From NCBI GenBank assembly GCA_036689325.1, contig CP144793.1, positions 159,578 through 223,577 of the forward strand: a DNA stretch of 64,000 nt. The letters run 5' to 3'. Positions 40,373 to 50,926 of the stretch are shown piece by piece. The DNA comes from Candidatus Stammera capleta (GTDB taxonomy: Bacteria; Pseudomonadota; Gammaproteobacteria; Enterobacterales; Enterobacteriaceae). A model generated the notes under the pieces. That model saw nothing but the letters and a program-made list of their open reading frames with translations. It had not been told where the DNA came from and ran no database searches. Every line of letters begins with the position of its first letter. Positions within the stretch are counted from its first letter, which is position 1. A program made the translations under genes and the position numbers.

Positions 40373-42229
40373 ATTATTTGTAATATTGCTATAGTATTGA
40401 TTAAATTTGCTTATTGTAAATAATAATATTTCTTTTTTAGCATAAATAATTACTTTTTGTTTAGACCTAGTTATAGCTGTATAAATTAATTTACTATTTA
40501 AAATAGGTACATAAATATCAGGTAAAATTAACAATACTGTATTAAATTCTGAACCTTGAGATTTATGAACCGTTATAGCCCATGAATTTTCCCAATAAAG
40601 TAAACTATTAGGATGTATAAATAAATTAGATAAATTAGATTTAGGAAACAACACCTTTAATTTATCTTCTTTATCCAACACAAAAAAACCTAAATCTCCA
40701 TTAAATAAATTTAAATCAATATTGTTTTTCAATATAATAATTGGTTCTCCTAAAAAATGATAACAACTATGAAAATAATAATAATGAATTATTTTTATAA
40801 AATTAGATTTTAAAAAATAACTTTTAATTAACCTATTAAAACAATTAACACCAAACATAGTATCACGTAATACACAAATTAACTGAAATTTAGCGTAAAA
40901 ATCACCAATTTTAGAAAAATCACTTTTTAAATTCATAACATAAAGAATATATCTTTGGTAATATTTAAGACATTTTTTTAATACAAAATCATAATTAAAT
41001 TTATTAGCATCATAAAAATTTAAATTATTAGAGAAATTATGTTCTTTTAAAAATAAATCTATTTTTTTAACATTACCTATATTAATCATACTAGATAATT
41101 TAAATAAAAAAGATTTTTTTAAAAAACGATAATTATATTTTAAAAAACAAATATTATAATTTTTTAATATTTTTATAATACTTATATAAGCAAAATTTTT
41201 CTTACTTTGATTATTATAAATTATTTTAAAGAAATTACAGATTTTACTTTTTCCACAAATTTCATTAAATAAAGAACCAGCTTCAATAGAACCAATTTGG
41301 TTATGATCACCAACTAAAATAATTTTTGCTTTATTATTTAAAGCAGATAATATATAATAAAAAGTTGTTAAATCCACCATAGAACATTCATCTATTATAA
41401 AAACATCACAATTTAATTGATAATCTCTATTATATTTAATGGTATTGTTATAAAAATTAAACCCTAATACTTTATGTATAGTATATGCTTGTTGAGGTAA
41501 TATTTCTCTTAAAGAACAATTAATATCTAAAGTATTATAAAAATTATTTAAATACTTAGTTAAATAAGAAGCAGATTTACCTGTAGGTGTAACAACACAA
41601 ATAGAATCTTTACTTTTAAGATGTAAGAATTTATATAAAATTAAAATTAATTTAGATATTAAAGTGGTTTTTCCAGTACCTGGTCCACCTGAAATAACAC
41701 AAAACTTATTAAATAAACATAAATAAATACAAAATTTTTGAAAAACATCAAAATTAAAATTATTTAAATATTTATTTAAAATTAAAAAATTTTTTTTTGT
41801 AAAAAAATATTTTTTATAAATATTTTTATTAATATATGAAACAACATTTTGTTCATAAATATAAAATTTATATAAATAAATACAATTTTTATACAATATA
41901 AGAGGTGTTTTATTTTTTAAATAAGAAGAACTAATTATATTTAGTTGAAACAAAATATTAATACACTTAGGTATACTTAAAATAGAAAAAAAATAATTCA
42001 GAAAAGACAAAATATAAGCGTTATATATATTTTTTCCTAAAATTTCACAAACAGGTAAACATACATGTCCTAACCTATTTGACAAACTAACTATAGAAGT
42101 AAATAACACTCCTACATAAGAATATTTTTCTGATGATTTAAATAACTGTCCAAAATATACATCTATTAAACTCATTTCATTTTGTTTTAAACAATTAAAC
42201 AAAAATATATTAATTTTTTTATTAATCAT
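40349..42229 (-). CDS. recD: exodeoxyribonuclease V alpha subunit RecD
   Basis: 626 aa. GGPGTGKTT, DECSMVD, LVGDHNQ and AITVHKSQGSEF. There is an ATGA start/stop overlap with recB. Confidence 0.92.
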   Translation of the reverse strand: MINKKINIFLFNCLKQNEMSLIDVYFGQLFKSSEKYSYVGVLFTSIVSLSNRLGHVCLPVCEILGKNIYNAYILSFLNYFFSILSIPKCINILFQLNIISSSYLKNKTPLILYKNCIYLYKFYIYEQNVVSYINKNIYKKYFFTKKNFLILNKYLNNFNFDVFQKFCIYLCLFNKFCVISGGPGTGKTTLISKLILILYKFLHLKSKDSICVVTPTGKSASYLTKYLNNFYNTLDINCSLREILPQQAYTIHKVLGFNFYNNTIKYNRDYQLNCDVFIIDECSMVDLTTFYYILSALNNKAKIILVGDHNQIGSIEAGSLFNEICGKSKICNFFKIIYNNQSKKNFAYISIIKILKNYNICFLKYNYRFLKKSFLFKLSSMINIGNVKKIDLFLKEHNFSNNLNFYDANKFNYDFVLKKCLKYYQRYILYVMNLKSDFSKIGDFYAKFQLICVLRDTMFGVNCFNRLIKSYFLKSNFIKIIHYYYFHSCYHFLGEPIIILKNNIDLNLFNGDLGFFVLDKEDKLKVLFPKSNLSNLFIHPNSLLYWENSWAITVHKSQGSEFNTVLLILPDIYVPILNSKLIYTAITRSKQKVIIYAKKEILLFTISKFNQYYSNITNNLNIVNNF

Positions 42230-45200
42230 ATATATCTATCTTTTTGAAATATAGAACTCAATTTATTAATTAATGATTTTTCTATTTTTTTAAAGAAAAC
42301 ACCATTTTTACTATAAAAATATTTGTTTAATTTTAAACCTCTAAAAAATATATAAAATATACCACCAAAATGGTAATTATAATCATAATTATTAATTTTA
42401 AGTTTTAAATAATTATTTAATGCTAATGAATAAAATAAATACTGTATATTATAACCATAACTATGAATAACTTTGTGCAAATTATTTCGTGAATAATGTG
42501 AATAAGTATTACCTAAAAAGTTAGATTTATAATCTACTAAATAATATTTATTCTTATAAATAAACACCAAATCTATTACACCATTTAAATAACCATATAA
42601 AAAACTATTATTATTATTTAATAAATTAAAAGATAAAAATTGATGTTTTTTCAATATATTTAAAAATTTAACATAACTAATAGATTTATTTATAGGTAAT
42701 ATAAATTCAAATTCCTTAAAAAGTAAAATTATATTTTTATGACATAAATTAACATCTAAATTAAATAAATTAACTTTCAAAATATTAAATATTATTTTTT
42801 TAACAATAGGTAGCCAACAAATACTAATATGAAATTGATATAAATTTTTAATTAAATATTCTTCATTTAAAATATTTAGTTGAAAATCCATATTTTCTAA
42901 AAGAGTATGAAAAAAAATTCCAATTTCTTTACCTCTTGGAAAATTATGTATATTTAATTTTTTATCAAATTGCATATTATCTTCTAATACATTATGATAT
43001 TTTAGTTTACTTTGTATTTTGTTTGTATTATTTAAATAACTTGATATATTAGAATAATTAAACATACCCTTTCTTAAACAAGTATTAACATAAGGTAATA
43101 TTTTACATTTATCAAAATTAATCTTATTTGATATAGAAGACAAATACTGTTTTTTATTATTGTGATAAAAATTATAATCATTACAACTAATATTATATAT
43201 TGTAATATAATTAGTATATATTTTGTTTGAAAAAAATTTTTTTAATTCTTTATAAGAAATAACATTCTTTATTTTTATTAAATAATTAATATAGTAATAA
43301 TTATAATTATTCAAATAATCTTTAAAACTATATAAAAATATATTACACTGATATACAGATCTAGTTATAGCAACATAAAACAATCTAATTTCTTCCGAAA
43401 GTAATTCTTCAAAAAACAAAATTTTATTTTTTGTCTGTTTATATAAATCTATTTTTAATTTAAAATTATTTCTATTATGATAATAATAATATTGTTTATT
43501 TATAGGAATTTTCAATAAAAAAGGTAAAAACACAATATTATATTGTAATCCTTTAGATTTATGAATAGTAGAAACCTTTATTTTATCAACATTATTCTCT
43601 AAAGATCTAATAATATATTCATCTTTCATTTGTCTGTCAGAAGATACAATTTTATTATTTAACCAAGTTAATAAAGAAAATTTATTTTGTAAAGAAAAAT
43701 TTTTTTTTTGTAATAATTCACTAATATGAATAAAATTAACTACATATTGTTTATTCTTTAAAAAAGCAAAATTTTTAGTGATTAACTTTTTAACATTAAC
43801 AATATGACGTAACATAGTAAATATATCAAATTTATTCCATATTTCATAATATGAATAAAATTCATTAATTAAAATAACAAATTTACTTTCATTATTTAAA
43901 TAATAATTTATTTTTAATAAAGGAATATCAAAAACATATGTGGATAAAGTATTTCCCATATTTACTTTAGATTCTGGAAATAAAACAGATTTTAAAATAA
44001 AATATATTTCCCTAGCTGCTAAAGTAGAAAAAACATTTTTTTTTACAAAAGAAACACAAGAAACAGGTAACTGATATTTACAAAATACATCGTATATAAT
44101 TTCAATATCTTTATTAGAATAAGTAAGAACAGCAATATCAGAAGAAATAACATTTCTTTTTTGTTTGTTTTTATTGAAGATAAAGAATTTATTTTTTACA
44201 TTTAATAAATCTAATATATTATGAGCACAATAATGAGCTAAAAAATTTTTATATTTATTTTTAGGTAAGTATTTATCAAAAAATAAAAAATTCACAGATG
44301 ATTGCTCTATTTCTTTTTTTTTAAAAGATAAAAATTTATTTTCTTGTGCTTGAATTAAAGGAATATATTTTATGTCATTAAACACAAAAGGATTAACTAC
44401 TTTCTTAAAAAGTAAATTAATACTCTTTACCATACATAATGAAGAACGCCAATTAATGTTAAAGGTATAAATATACTCTATATATTTTTTAATCTTAAAA
44501 TAATTAAAAATATTAGCTCCTCTAAAAGTATAAATAGATTGTTTAGGATCACCAATCAATATAATTTTAGTGGGTAAAAATTTATGTTTGATATATAAAT
44601 GATAAAATATATTATATTGTATATAATCGGTATCCTGAAATTCATCCATTAAAACTACTGGAAAATTATTTAATATAATAGAATTAATATTTCCTTTTCT
44701 ATTTAGACATATTTGTTTTTCTAAAGTAAATATTAAATCATTAAAACTTAAGTAAGATTTTTTATCTTTTTCTATTTTTAAATATTTTTGAACAAATTTT
44801 ACACAACTAATAATTATATAATTATATAAATCATTTTTTTTTTTTAAAAAAATATCTATTTTAGAGAAAAAAACCTTATTTTGTTCATGAAAAATATTAT
44901 TTTTTTTTAATAAAAAATCATAACCAATTTTACTTAAATGTTTAGGATGACTAAAATTTGTAGTTTTACTTTTACACCAATTATCTATTTCTAAAAATAA
45001 TTTTTTATAATTAAAACAAAAAACATTTTTATTTTTAACTGTTATTTTTTGTAAAAAATTAATAATTTTATTAGAATGTAATAACCATATATTTTTTATA
45101 TTATTAATACATTTAATAATTTTCGAATAACAATTATCAATAGAATAATATTCTAATTTACAAACAAAATCAAACTTAATAAAATTTAAACAAGATTTAA

Positions 45201-45768
45201 CTAAAAAAAATAATTTTCTAGGAGTATTCCAATAAGTATAAATAATTTTTAATATATCAGATGATAGGAAACATATTCTTTTATTCCAAAAATGTAAAAC
45301 TAATTCATGTATTAAATTATATTCTGAACTTAAAATTTTAGTGTTAAATTTTATACCAGAGTCAAAAAAATTAGAAAAAATTATTTTTTTACAAAAACCA
45401 TGTATAGTAAAAATAGACATAATATCTATTTGTTTTTCATATTTATCTAACAAATAAATAATTTCTTTATTATTTTTTACATAATTATATATTAATTTAA
45501 TTTTGTCATTAACAACATATTTTTTAATTAAAGAAACACGTAAATCCTTTATAAAATTTTTAATTCTATGCTTTATTTCTAAAACTGCTAAATCTGTAAA
45601 AGTAACTATTAAAATTTTATCTATGTCTAGATTTGAAAATTCTTTTTCAATATTTATATTTAATAAAAAACGTAAATATAGTAAACTAATTATATGAGTT
45701 TTTCCAGTTCCAGCTGAAGATTCTATTAAATTACTTCTGTATAATTTTATCTTTAATGGATCAAACAT
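42226..45768 (-). CDS. recB: exodeoxyribonuclease V beta subunit RecB
   Basis: 1180 aa. Helicase motif I SAGTGKTH, MDEFQDTD, GDPKQSIYTFRGA, and the C-terminal nuclease motif GVIDLVFIYKNKYYLVDYKSN. Confidence 0.93.
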   Translation of the reverse strand: MFDPLKIKLYRSNLIESSAGTGKTHIISLLYLRFLLNINIEKEFSNLDIDKILIVTFTDLAVLEIKHRIKNFIKDLRVSLIKKYVVNDKIKLIYNYVKNNKEIIYLLDKYEKQIDIMSIFTIHGFCKKIIFSNFFDSGIKFNTKILSSEYNLIHELVLHFWNKRICFLSSDILKIIYTYWNTPRKLFFLVKSCLNFIKFDFVCKLEYYSIDNCYSKIIKCINNIKNIWLLHSNKIINFLQKITVKNKNVFCFNYKKLFLEIDNWCKSKTTNFSHPKHLSKIGYDFLLKKNNIFHEQNKVFFSKIDIFLKKKNDLYNYIIISCVKFVQKYLKIEKDKKSYLSFNDLIFTLEKQICLNRKGNINSIILNNFPVVLMDEFQDTDYIQYNIFYHLYIKHKFLPTKIILIGDPKQSIYTFRGANIFNYFKIKKYIEYIYTFNINWRSSLCMVKSINLLFKKVVNPFVFNDIKYIPLIQAQENKFLSFKKKEIEQSSVNFLFFDKYLPKNKYKNFLAHYCAHNILDLLNVKNKFFIFNKNKQKRNVISSDIAVLTYSNKDIEIIYDVFCKYQLPVSCVSFVKKNVFSTLAAREIYFILKSVLFPESKVNMGNTLSTYVFDIPLLKINYYLNNESKFVILINEFYSYYEIWNKFDIFTMLRHIVNVKKLITKNFAFLKNKQYVVNFIHISELLQKKNFSLQNKFSLLTWLNNKIVSSDRQMKDEYIIRSLENNVDKIKVSTIHKSKGLQYNIVFLPFLLKIPINKQYYYYHNRNNFKLKIDLYKQTKNKILFFEELLSEEIRLFYVAITRSVYQCNIFLYSFKDYLNNYNYYYINYLIKIKNVISYKELKKFFSNKIYTNYITIYNISCNDYNFYHNNKKQYLSSISNKINFDKCKILPYVNTCLRKGMFNYSNISSYLNNTNKIQSKLKYHNVLEDNMQFDKKLNIHNFPRGKEIGIFFHTLLENMDFQLNILNEEYLIKNLYQFHISICWLPIVKKIIFNILKVNLFNLDVNLCHKNIILLFKEFEFILPINKSISYVKFLNILKKHQFLSFNLLNNNNSFLYGYLNGVIDLVFIYKNKYYLVDYKSNFLGNTYSHYSRNNLHKVIHSYGYNIQYLFYSLALNNYLKLKINNYDYNYHFGGIFYIFFRGLKLNKYFYSKNGVFFKKIEKSLINKLSSIFQKDRYI

Positions 45769-45771
45769 AAT

Positions 45772-48700
45772 TTACTTTAAATTTAATATTTTAAAAATAG
45801 GTAATAACCACTTTTCACAACAAATAATAATATTATTAATATTAATTTTTTCACCATCTCTCATTAAACGTGAAATATATATATTATTTAATTCATGCAA
45901 TAAATAATTATTTTTTCCATATAAAATTTCTCTTATTTTTCTTCTCGCAAAATTTAATATATAATTATTATTATAATTATTAATATTTCTTAAACTAAAA
46001 ATTGAGTAAAACCATAAATTACATATCTTAGGAAAAAAAAATAAAGGAACATCTAAGTTATATAAATATCCTAAAATATATTTTTCTAAATAAAACTTAG
46101 ATTTTTCTCTGCTTAAAGACGATAAATACCAAACACCATTATAACCACATAAATAACTATTATTTTTATTACCTAAATAACAATATATCAAATGATCAAT
46201 AAATAAAAGTAATATATCAATAAAATTAATATTTTTGGGAATCCATTTTACAATCATTTTATGATATAAAGTAATATTACCACATAAAATAAATTGTTTA
46301 AATTTTAAATTAAATTTTAAATCAATTTTATTGTTTAAGAAAAACTTATTAATATCTTTAAGTAAAAAAGAAATTTTTTCTTTTTCTTTTTCCCAAATCA
46401 TTTTTCCCAAACAACCATAAGGTAATAAATTAAAATATTGTAAATAAATATATATATCATCTGTGAAATATATATTTTTTTTTAAAATATTAAAAATAAT
46501 TTTTTGTCTAATAAAGAAAAATTTTTTAAAATTTAAATCATATAAAATATCTTTATCTAGATAATTTTTACTAATATAAAAATTAACACCTAATCTTTTA
46601 ATAAAAAAATATTTAATAGGATTAGACCAAAAATAATGAATATCATTTAAATATAATTCATTATTATAGTTTGTTTTAAAACTACATAAATTTAAAGGAT
46701 GTTTTGCTTTTTTTTTTTTAGTATTTACAAACCATTCATACAAAAAACTAAAATAATACTTTTCGTTTATCAAAAAATTATTTATATCAAAAACATTTTG
46801 TGTATGTTTACGATAAATAAAATTAAGACTTTTATTAATCTTTATATCATCATAAAAATTTTTTTTATTTATAAAATAACATTTTATATAATTAAACAAA
46901 ATATCTATCAAAATAGATGGATATTTTTTTTGGTTTTTTTCTAAACAGAAATTGATAAAACTTATATATAATTTTTCTCTAGCAGCAATAATACATTCTA
47001 AAAATAAATACTTATCATTATCTCTTTTATTTCTATCTCCTATTTCAGGGTTAGCAATCATTAAATCAAAACTATTATTATCAACAATGTTTCTAGGAAA
47101 AACATCCTCATTTATTCCTATTAAACATATTATTTTAAAAGACATAGAACGTAAAGATATAAAGGAACAAAAATTAATACAACCAACTTTATACATATTA
47201 TAAAAATTTTTTTTATCTAAAAATTGTAAAATAATCTTCTCAAAAAATACACAATTTATTTTTCTGGAAAAAGAACTAATTTTTAATGAATTATATAAAT
47301 TTAACCAAAATTTTTCATTTAAGAAAAAATCATTACTGGAATAAATATCTAATGATAGATAACTTAATATATTTGTACACAACACAATACATTTACTAAA
47401 ATTATATTCTTTTTTAATTTTTTTTTTCCAATACATAATTTTATATACTAAGGAAGATAATTTACCAATAATATTATTTATAAAAGAATTACCTATAGTC
47501 GAAAATGGAATTAAATTATTCCATACACAAAAATTATCATTTATAGCATAGCCTAACAAGATACTATTAATTTTGTTTATTAATAATTTATCATGTTCTT
47601 CACTACACAAAGATTCTATATTTGATAATTCATGATATAAACCAATATTATTAATAATATTATTTATAATTTCCAATTCATCGTAATTAAAATCAAATTT
47701 TTTTAAAATGATATCTTTTTGTAAAAAGTATGATAACATATTAGCAGAAAAATCTATACTAACTATATTTAGTATATACATAAATATATCTAATAACTCA
47801 TTATAAATAACATTTTGTTTACCCATTATATGAAACGGTAAATATTTACTATATAAAGAATTACTAAACACTCCTTTAATAAATGGACAATAAATATCTA
47901 TGTCACTTACCATTACAATAATATCTTCTGGTTGATAGTTATGATAAATTATTAAATTTAATATATAGTCATATAAAACTTCTATTTCTCGTAAATAACC
48001 ATAACAGGAATTAATTAAAATAGAATCATCTTTAGGTAAATTATTTATATCATTAAAAAAATATAAATCCTGAAAATACAAAATATTATTTTTTAATTTA
48101 TTTAAAATAGTATTATCATGTAATTTTAAATACACATCTATTTTATAGATATCTAATTCTAATATTATATTTAAATAATCAGCTAAAGATTTACCATAAT
48201 ATAAAACAAAAGAATTCATATTATTATGAAAATTTTTATATTTAGAAAAAAAATATGTTCTCTTAAATGTATTATTTAAATTTAAGTAATCTTTGTTATC
48301 TAAATAATTATCATACCAATAACTAAAAGAAGGATTTATAATAAAATAATTAATATTTATATATTTAGATAAAATATAAAAAGATTGTAAATAAATATTA
48401 GGTATTAAAGTAACATTAAATACATATATTTCTTGAGGTATAATATTTTTAAAAATATATTTATTTTTTTTTTTAATTGAATTTAAAAATTCGTAATAAA
48501 TATGAGCTCTATGCCAACAATAATTTATATTATTAGAATAATAATGAACTATTTTGCGCCAAAGAATAGCTTGCCACACTTGATTGCCATTGTCTTTGAT
48601 ATTATTAATTAAATTAAATTTCTCCCATTCTAATAACCAATTTATTCTATAAATTAAATATTTATCATACACATCAGCAATTTTCATAGATAAATAAAAT

Positions 48701-49077
48701 AATTTTTCCAACAAAATATTAGAACCTAAATATTTTTTTAGATAAGCAAATTCTTTTTTGTTTAATAAAGACGGTAATAATTCCATTATTATAAATGTTA
48801 AATTATTTTTATTAAAAATATTTTCAGATAACACATTAGGTATTAATAATCTATAAATATTCCATATAAATTTTGCGGGTAAAATAAATTTATAGTTAGC
48901 ACAAACGCCTAAATATTTTGCAAAAAACAATTTTAATATAAAAGATATATTATGATTAGGAATTATTATCAACTCACTAATATGAGAATTATTATGATTA
49001 TTATTTTTTTTTTGTAAAAGTTCTAATAATATAAATTTTAAACTTTCAATATCATTAGATTGATATAATTTAAGCAT
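45772..49077 (-). CDS. recC: exodeoxyribonuclease V gamma subunit RecC
   Basis: 1101 aa. N-terminus MLKLYQSN and LPAKFIWNIYRLLIP, ADVYDKYLIYR and WHRAHIY are collinear with E. coli RecC. Confidence 0.9.
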   Translation of the reverse strand: MLKLYQSNDIESLKFILLELLQKKNNNHNNSHISELIIIPNHNISFILKLFFAKYLGVCANYKFILPAKFIWNIYRLLIPNVLSENIFNKNNLTFIIMELLPSLLNKKEFAYLKKYLGSNILLEKLFYLSMKIADVYDKYLIYRINWLLEWEKFNLINNIKDNGNQVWQAILWRKIVHYYSNNINYCWHRAHIYYEFLNSIKKKNKYIFKNIIPQEIYVFNVTLIPNIYLQSFYILSKYININYFIINPSFSYWYDNYLDNKDYLNLNNTFKRTYFFSKYKNFHNNMNSFVLYYGKSLADYLNIILELDIYKIDVYLKLHDNTILNKLKNNILYFQDLYFFNDINNLPKDDSILINSCYGYLREIEVLYDYILNLIIYHNYQPEDIIVMVSDIDIYCPFIKGVFSNSLYSKYLPFHIMGKQNVIYNELLDIFMYILNIVSIDFSANMLSYFLQKDIILKKFDFNYDELEIINNIINNIGLYHELSNIESLCSEEHDKLLINKINSILLGYAINDNFCVWNNLIPFSTIGNSFINNIIGKLSSLVYKIMYWKKKIKKEYNFSKCIVLCTNILSYLSLDIYSSNDFFLNEKFWLNLYNSLKISSFSRKINCVFFEKIILQFLDKKNFYNMYKVGCINFCSFISLRSMSFKIICLIGINEDVFPRNIVDNNSFDLMIANPEIGDRNKRDNDKYLFLECIIAAREKLYISFINFCLEKNQKKYPSILIDILFNYIKCYFINKKNFYDDIKINKSLNFIYRKHTQNVFDINNFLINEKYYFSFLYEWFVNTKKKKAKHPLNLCSFKTNYNNELYLNDIHYFWSNPIKYFFIKRLGVNFYISKNYLDKDILYDLNFKKFFFIRQKIIFNILKKNIYFTDDIYIYLQYFNLLPYGCLGKMIWEKEKEKISFLLKDINKFFLNNKIDLKFNLKFKQFILCGNITLYHKMIVKWIPKNINFIDILLLFIDHLIYCYLGNKNNSYLCGYNGVWYLSSLSREKSKFYLEKYILGYLYNLDVPLFFFPKICNLWFYSIFSLRNINNYNNNYILNFARRKIREILYGKNNYLLHELNNIYISRLMRDGEKININNIIICCEKWLLPIFKILNLK

Positions 49078-49561
49078 ATAAATGCATTATAGATTTACAT
49101 ATAATTAAAAAATATAAAAAAAAAACAAAAACGTTATATATAATAACAAAAGATAGTTTAATTCTCAAATTTAAAGGCCAAAAAAATATAACACCATTAA
49201 AAGTGCTAATATCTAACAATATATGATTTATATAACCAATAATCATTCCTTTAATAATATTAATATTTAATTTATAATTAAAAATTAAATCTAAATTAAC
49301 TATAAAAAAAGATAATAACATTATACATAACAAACTATGAGTAAAATGTCTATGTTTAAAACAATGATTTATTATACAACTAAGCCAAATTAGTTTACTT
49401 CCTAAAAAAGATTTTTTATGATCTATATCAGGTAATAAACAAGTTAAAATACTAGATATCAAAAGATAAAAATAATTGATATTTACAAAATAATTATTTA
49501 ACAAAGAAATTATTAATAATAATAATATACAGTTATAATAAATATGTTTTTTAAAACACAC
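49070..49561 (-). CDS. ydjM: YdjM-family (DUF457) inner-membrane metal-dependent hydrolase-like protein
   Basis: 163 aa. SSILTCLLPDIDHKKSFLG....HRHFTHSL compares with E. coli YdjM SAILTCLLPDIDHPKSFLG....HRGFTHSL. GTG start, with an 8-nt overlap onto the recC start. Confidence 0.75.
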   Translation of the reverse strand: MCFKKHIYYNCILLLLIISLLNNYFVNINYFYLLISSILTCLLPDIDHKKSFLGSKLIWLSCIINHCFKHRHFTHSLLCIMLLSFFIVNLDLIFNYKLNINIIKGMIIGYINHILLDISTFNGVIFFWPLNLRIKLSFVIIYNVFVFFLYFLIICKSIMHLYA

Positions 49562-49693
49562 AATAATAAAATAATATTAATTAATATAATTAAATTAAAT
49601 ATTTAATTATATTATAAAATTAATTAATAATTTTAATAAATTTAAAATTTTTAAAAAAGTTTAATATAATATTTTAAAATAATAATATTTAGC

Positions 49694-50908
49694 ATGAAAA
49701 AGAAAAATTATCTACAACATAAAGACCATAGAATTATAAATAAACAATTAAAACTATTTTATATAACTAAAGACAATCCTGGTATAATATTTTGGAACAT
49801 AAATGGTTATAAAATAATTCTTAATATTCAAAATTTTTTAAGAAAAAAATTTATAGAAAATAATTATTTAGAAATTAACACTCCTATATTAATGAATAAA
49901 AAAATATGGGAAAAAAGTGGTCATTGGAAAAATTATAAAAACTCAATATTTTCTACAAATAATAAAAAGAATAAATTATGTATAAAACCTATGAGTTGTC
50001 CAGGACATATATATATATATAAACAAAACATAATCTCTTATAAAATGATGCCGATACGATTCTCTGAATTTGGAATATGTCATAGAAATGAAAGTTCAGG
50101 TGCGTTATGTGGTTTACTAAGAACTAAATCATTTATACAAGATGATGCTCACATATTTTGTACTAATGAACAAATAGAAAAAGAAGTATTAAAATGTATA
50201 GATATGACATACAAAATATATAATATATTTAACTTTAAAAATATTACAATATATTTTTCTACTAGACCTAAAAAATATATAGGTAATAAAAAAAAATGGA
50301 AAACCTCAGAAAATATATTACTTAATATACTAAAAAAAAAAAATATAAACTTTAAAATTAAAAAGGGAGAAGGGGCTTTTTATGGTCCTAAAATAGAATT
50401 TATTTTAAAAGACTCATTTTTAAGAAAATGGCAATGCGGAACAATACAATTAGATTTTTATCTATCTAAAAAATTAAGTGCATATTATATTGATAAAGAT
50501 AATAAAAAGTGTTATCCAATTATTATTCATAGAGCAATATTAGGTTCTTTAGAAAGATTTATAGGTATACTAATAGAAGAAAACAATGGCTGGCTACCTT
50601 TATGGTTGACACCTATACAAATAGTAGTATTAAATGTTTCAGAAAAACATATCAAATATGCTAAAAAAATTTTACATAAAATAAAATCTTACGATATAAG
50701 AGTTATAGAAGATTTTAGAAATAAAAAAATAAATTACAAAATACGTGAACATACTTTACAAAAGATTCCTTATATGATAATATGCGGCGATAAAGAAATT
50801 TTATCAAAAAATATTAATATTAGAGAATCTTTAACAAAAAAAACAAAAATTACAAGTATTAAATATTTTATAAGAAAAATAATAACAAAAATAAAAAATT
50901 TTATTTAA
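49694..50908 (+). CDS. thrS: threonine--tRNA ligase, catalytic and anticodon-binding domains only (N-terminal TGS and editing domains absent)
   Basis: 404 aa (E. coli ThrRS is 642 aa). The alignment begins at about E. coli residue 240 (KDHRIINKQLKLF vs RDHRKIGKQLDLY). Zn-site contexts are retained: MSCPGH, QDDAHIFC, IIHRAILGS. Only 132 bp of AT-rich spacer lies upstream. Confidence 0.95.
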   Translation: MKKKNYLQHKDHRIINKQLKLFYITKDNPGIIFWNINGYKIILNIQNFLRKKFIENNYLEINTPILMNKKIWEKSGHWKNYKNSIFSTNNKKNKLCIKPMSCPGHIYIYKQNIISYKMMPIRFSEFGICHRNESSGALCGLLRTKSFIQDDAHIFCTNEQIEKEVLKCIDMTYKIYNIFNFKNITIYFSTRPKKYIGNKKKWKTSENILLNILKKKNINFKIKKGEGAFYGPKIEFILKDSFLRKWQCGTIQLDFYLSKKLSAYYIDKDNKKCYPIIIHRAILGSLERFIGILIEENNGWLPLWLTPIQIVVLNVSEKHIKYAKKILHKIKSYDIRVIEDFRNKKINYKIREHTLQKIPYMIICGDKEILSKNINIRESLTKKTKITSIKYFIRKIITKIKNFI

Positions 50909-50913
50909 GAGGT
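50907..50913 (+). promoter_or_regulatory. Shine-Dalgarno-like AAGAGGT upstream of infC
   Basis: A G-rich heptamer overlapping the thrS stop in otherwise AT-only DNA. It lies 4 nt upstream of an in-frame ATA (50918) and 13 nt upstream of the TTG (50927). Confidence 0.4.
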
Positions 50914-50926
50914 AAACATAAAAGTT

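Noticed and set aside
42226-42229. Possible UGA reassignment, as seen in some tiny AT-rich symbiont genomes
   Set aside because: TGA works as a stop here: recB ends in TGA within the ATGA overlap with recD, and rplT ends in TGA at 52003..52005 just before pheS. Conserved Trp positions are encoded by TGG. All genes are full length under the standard code.
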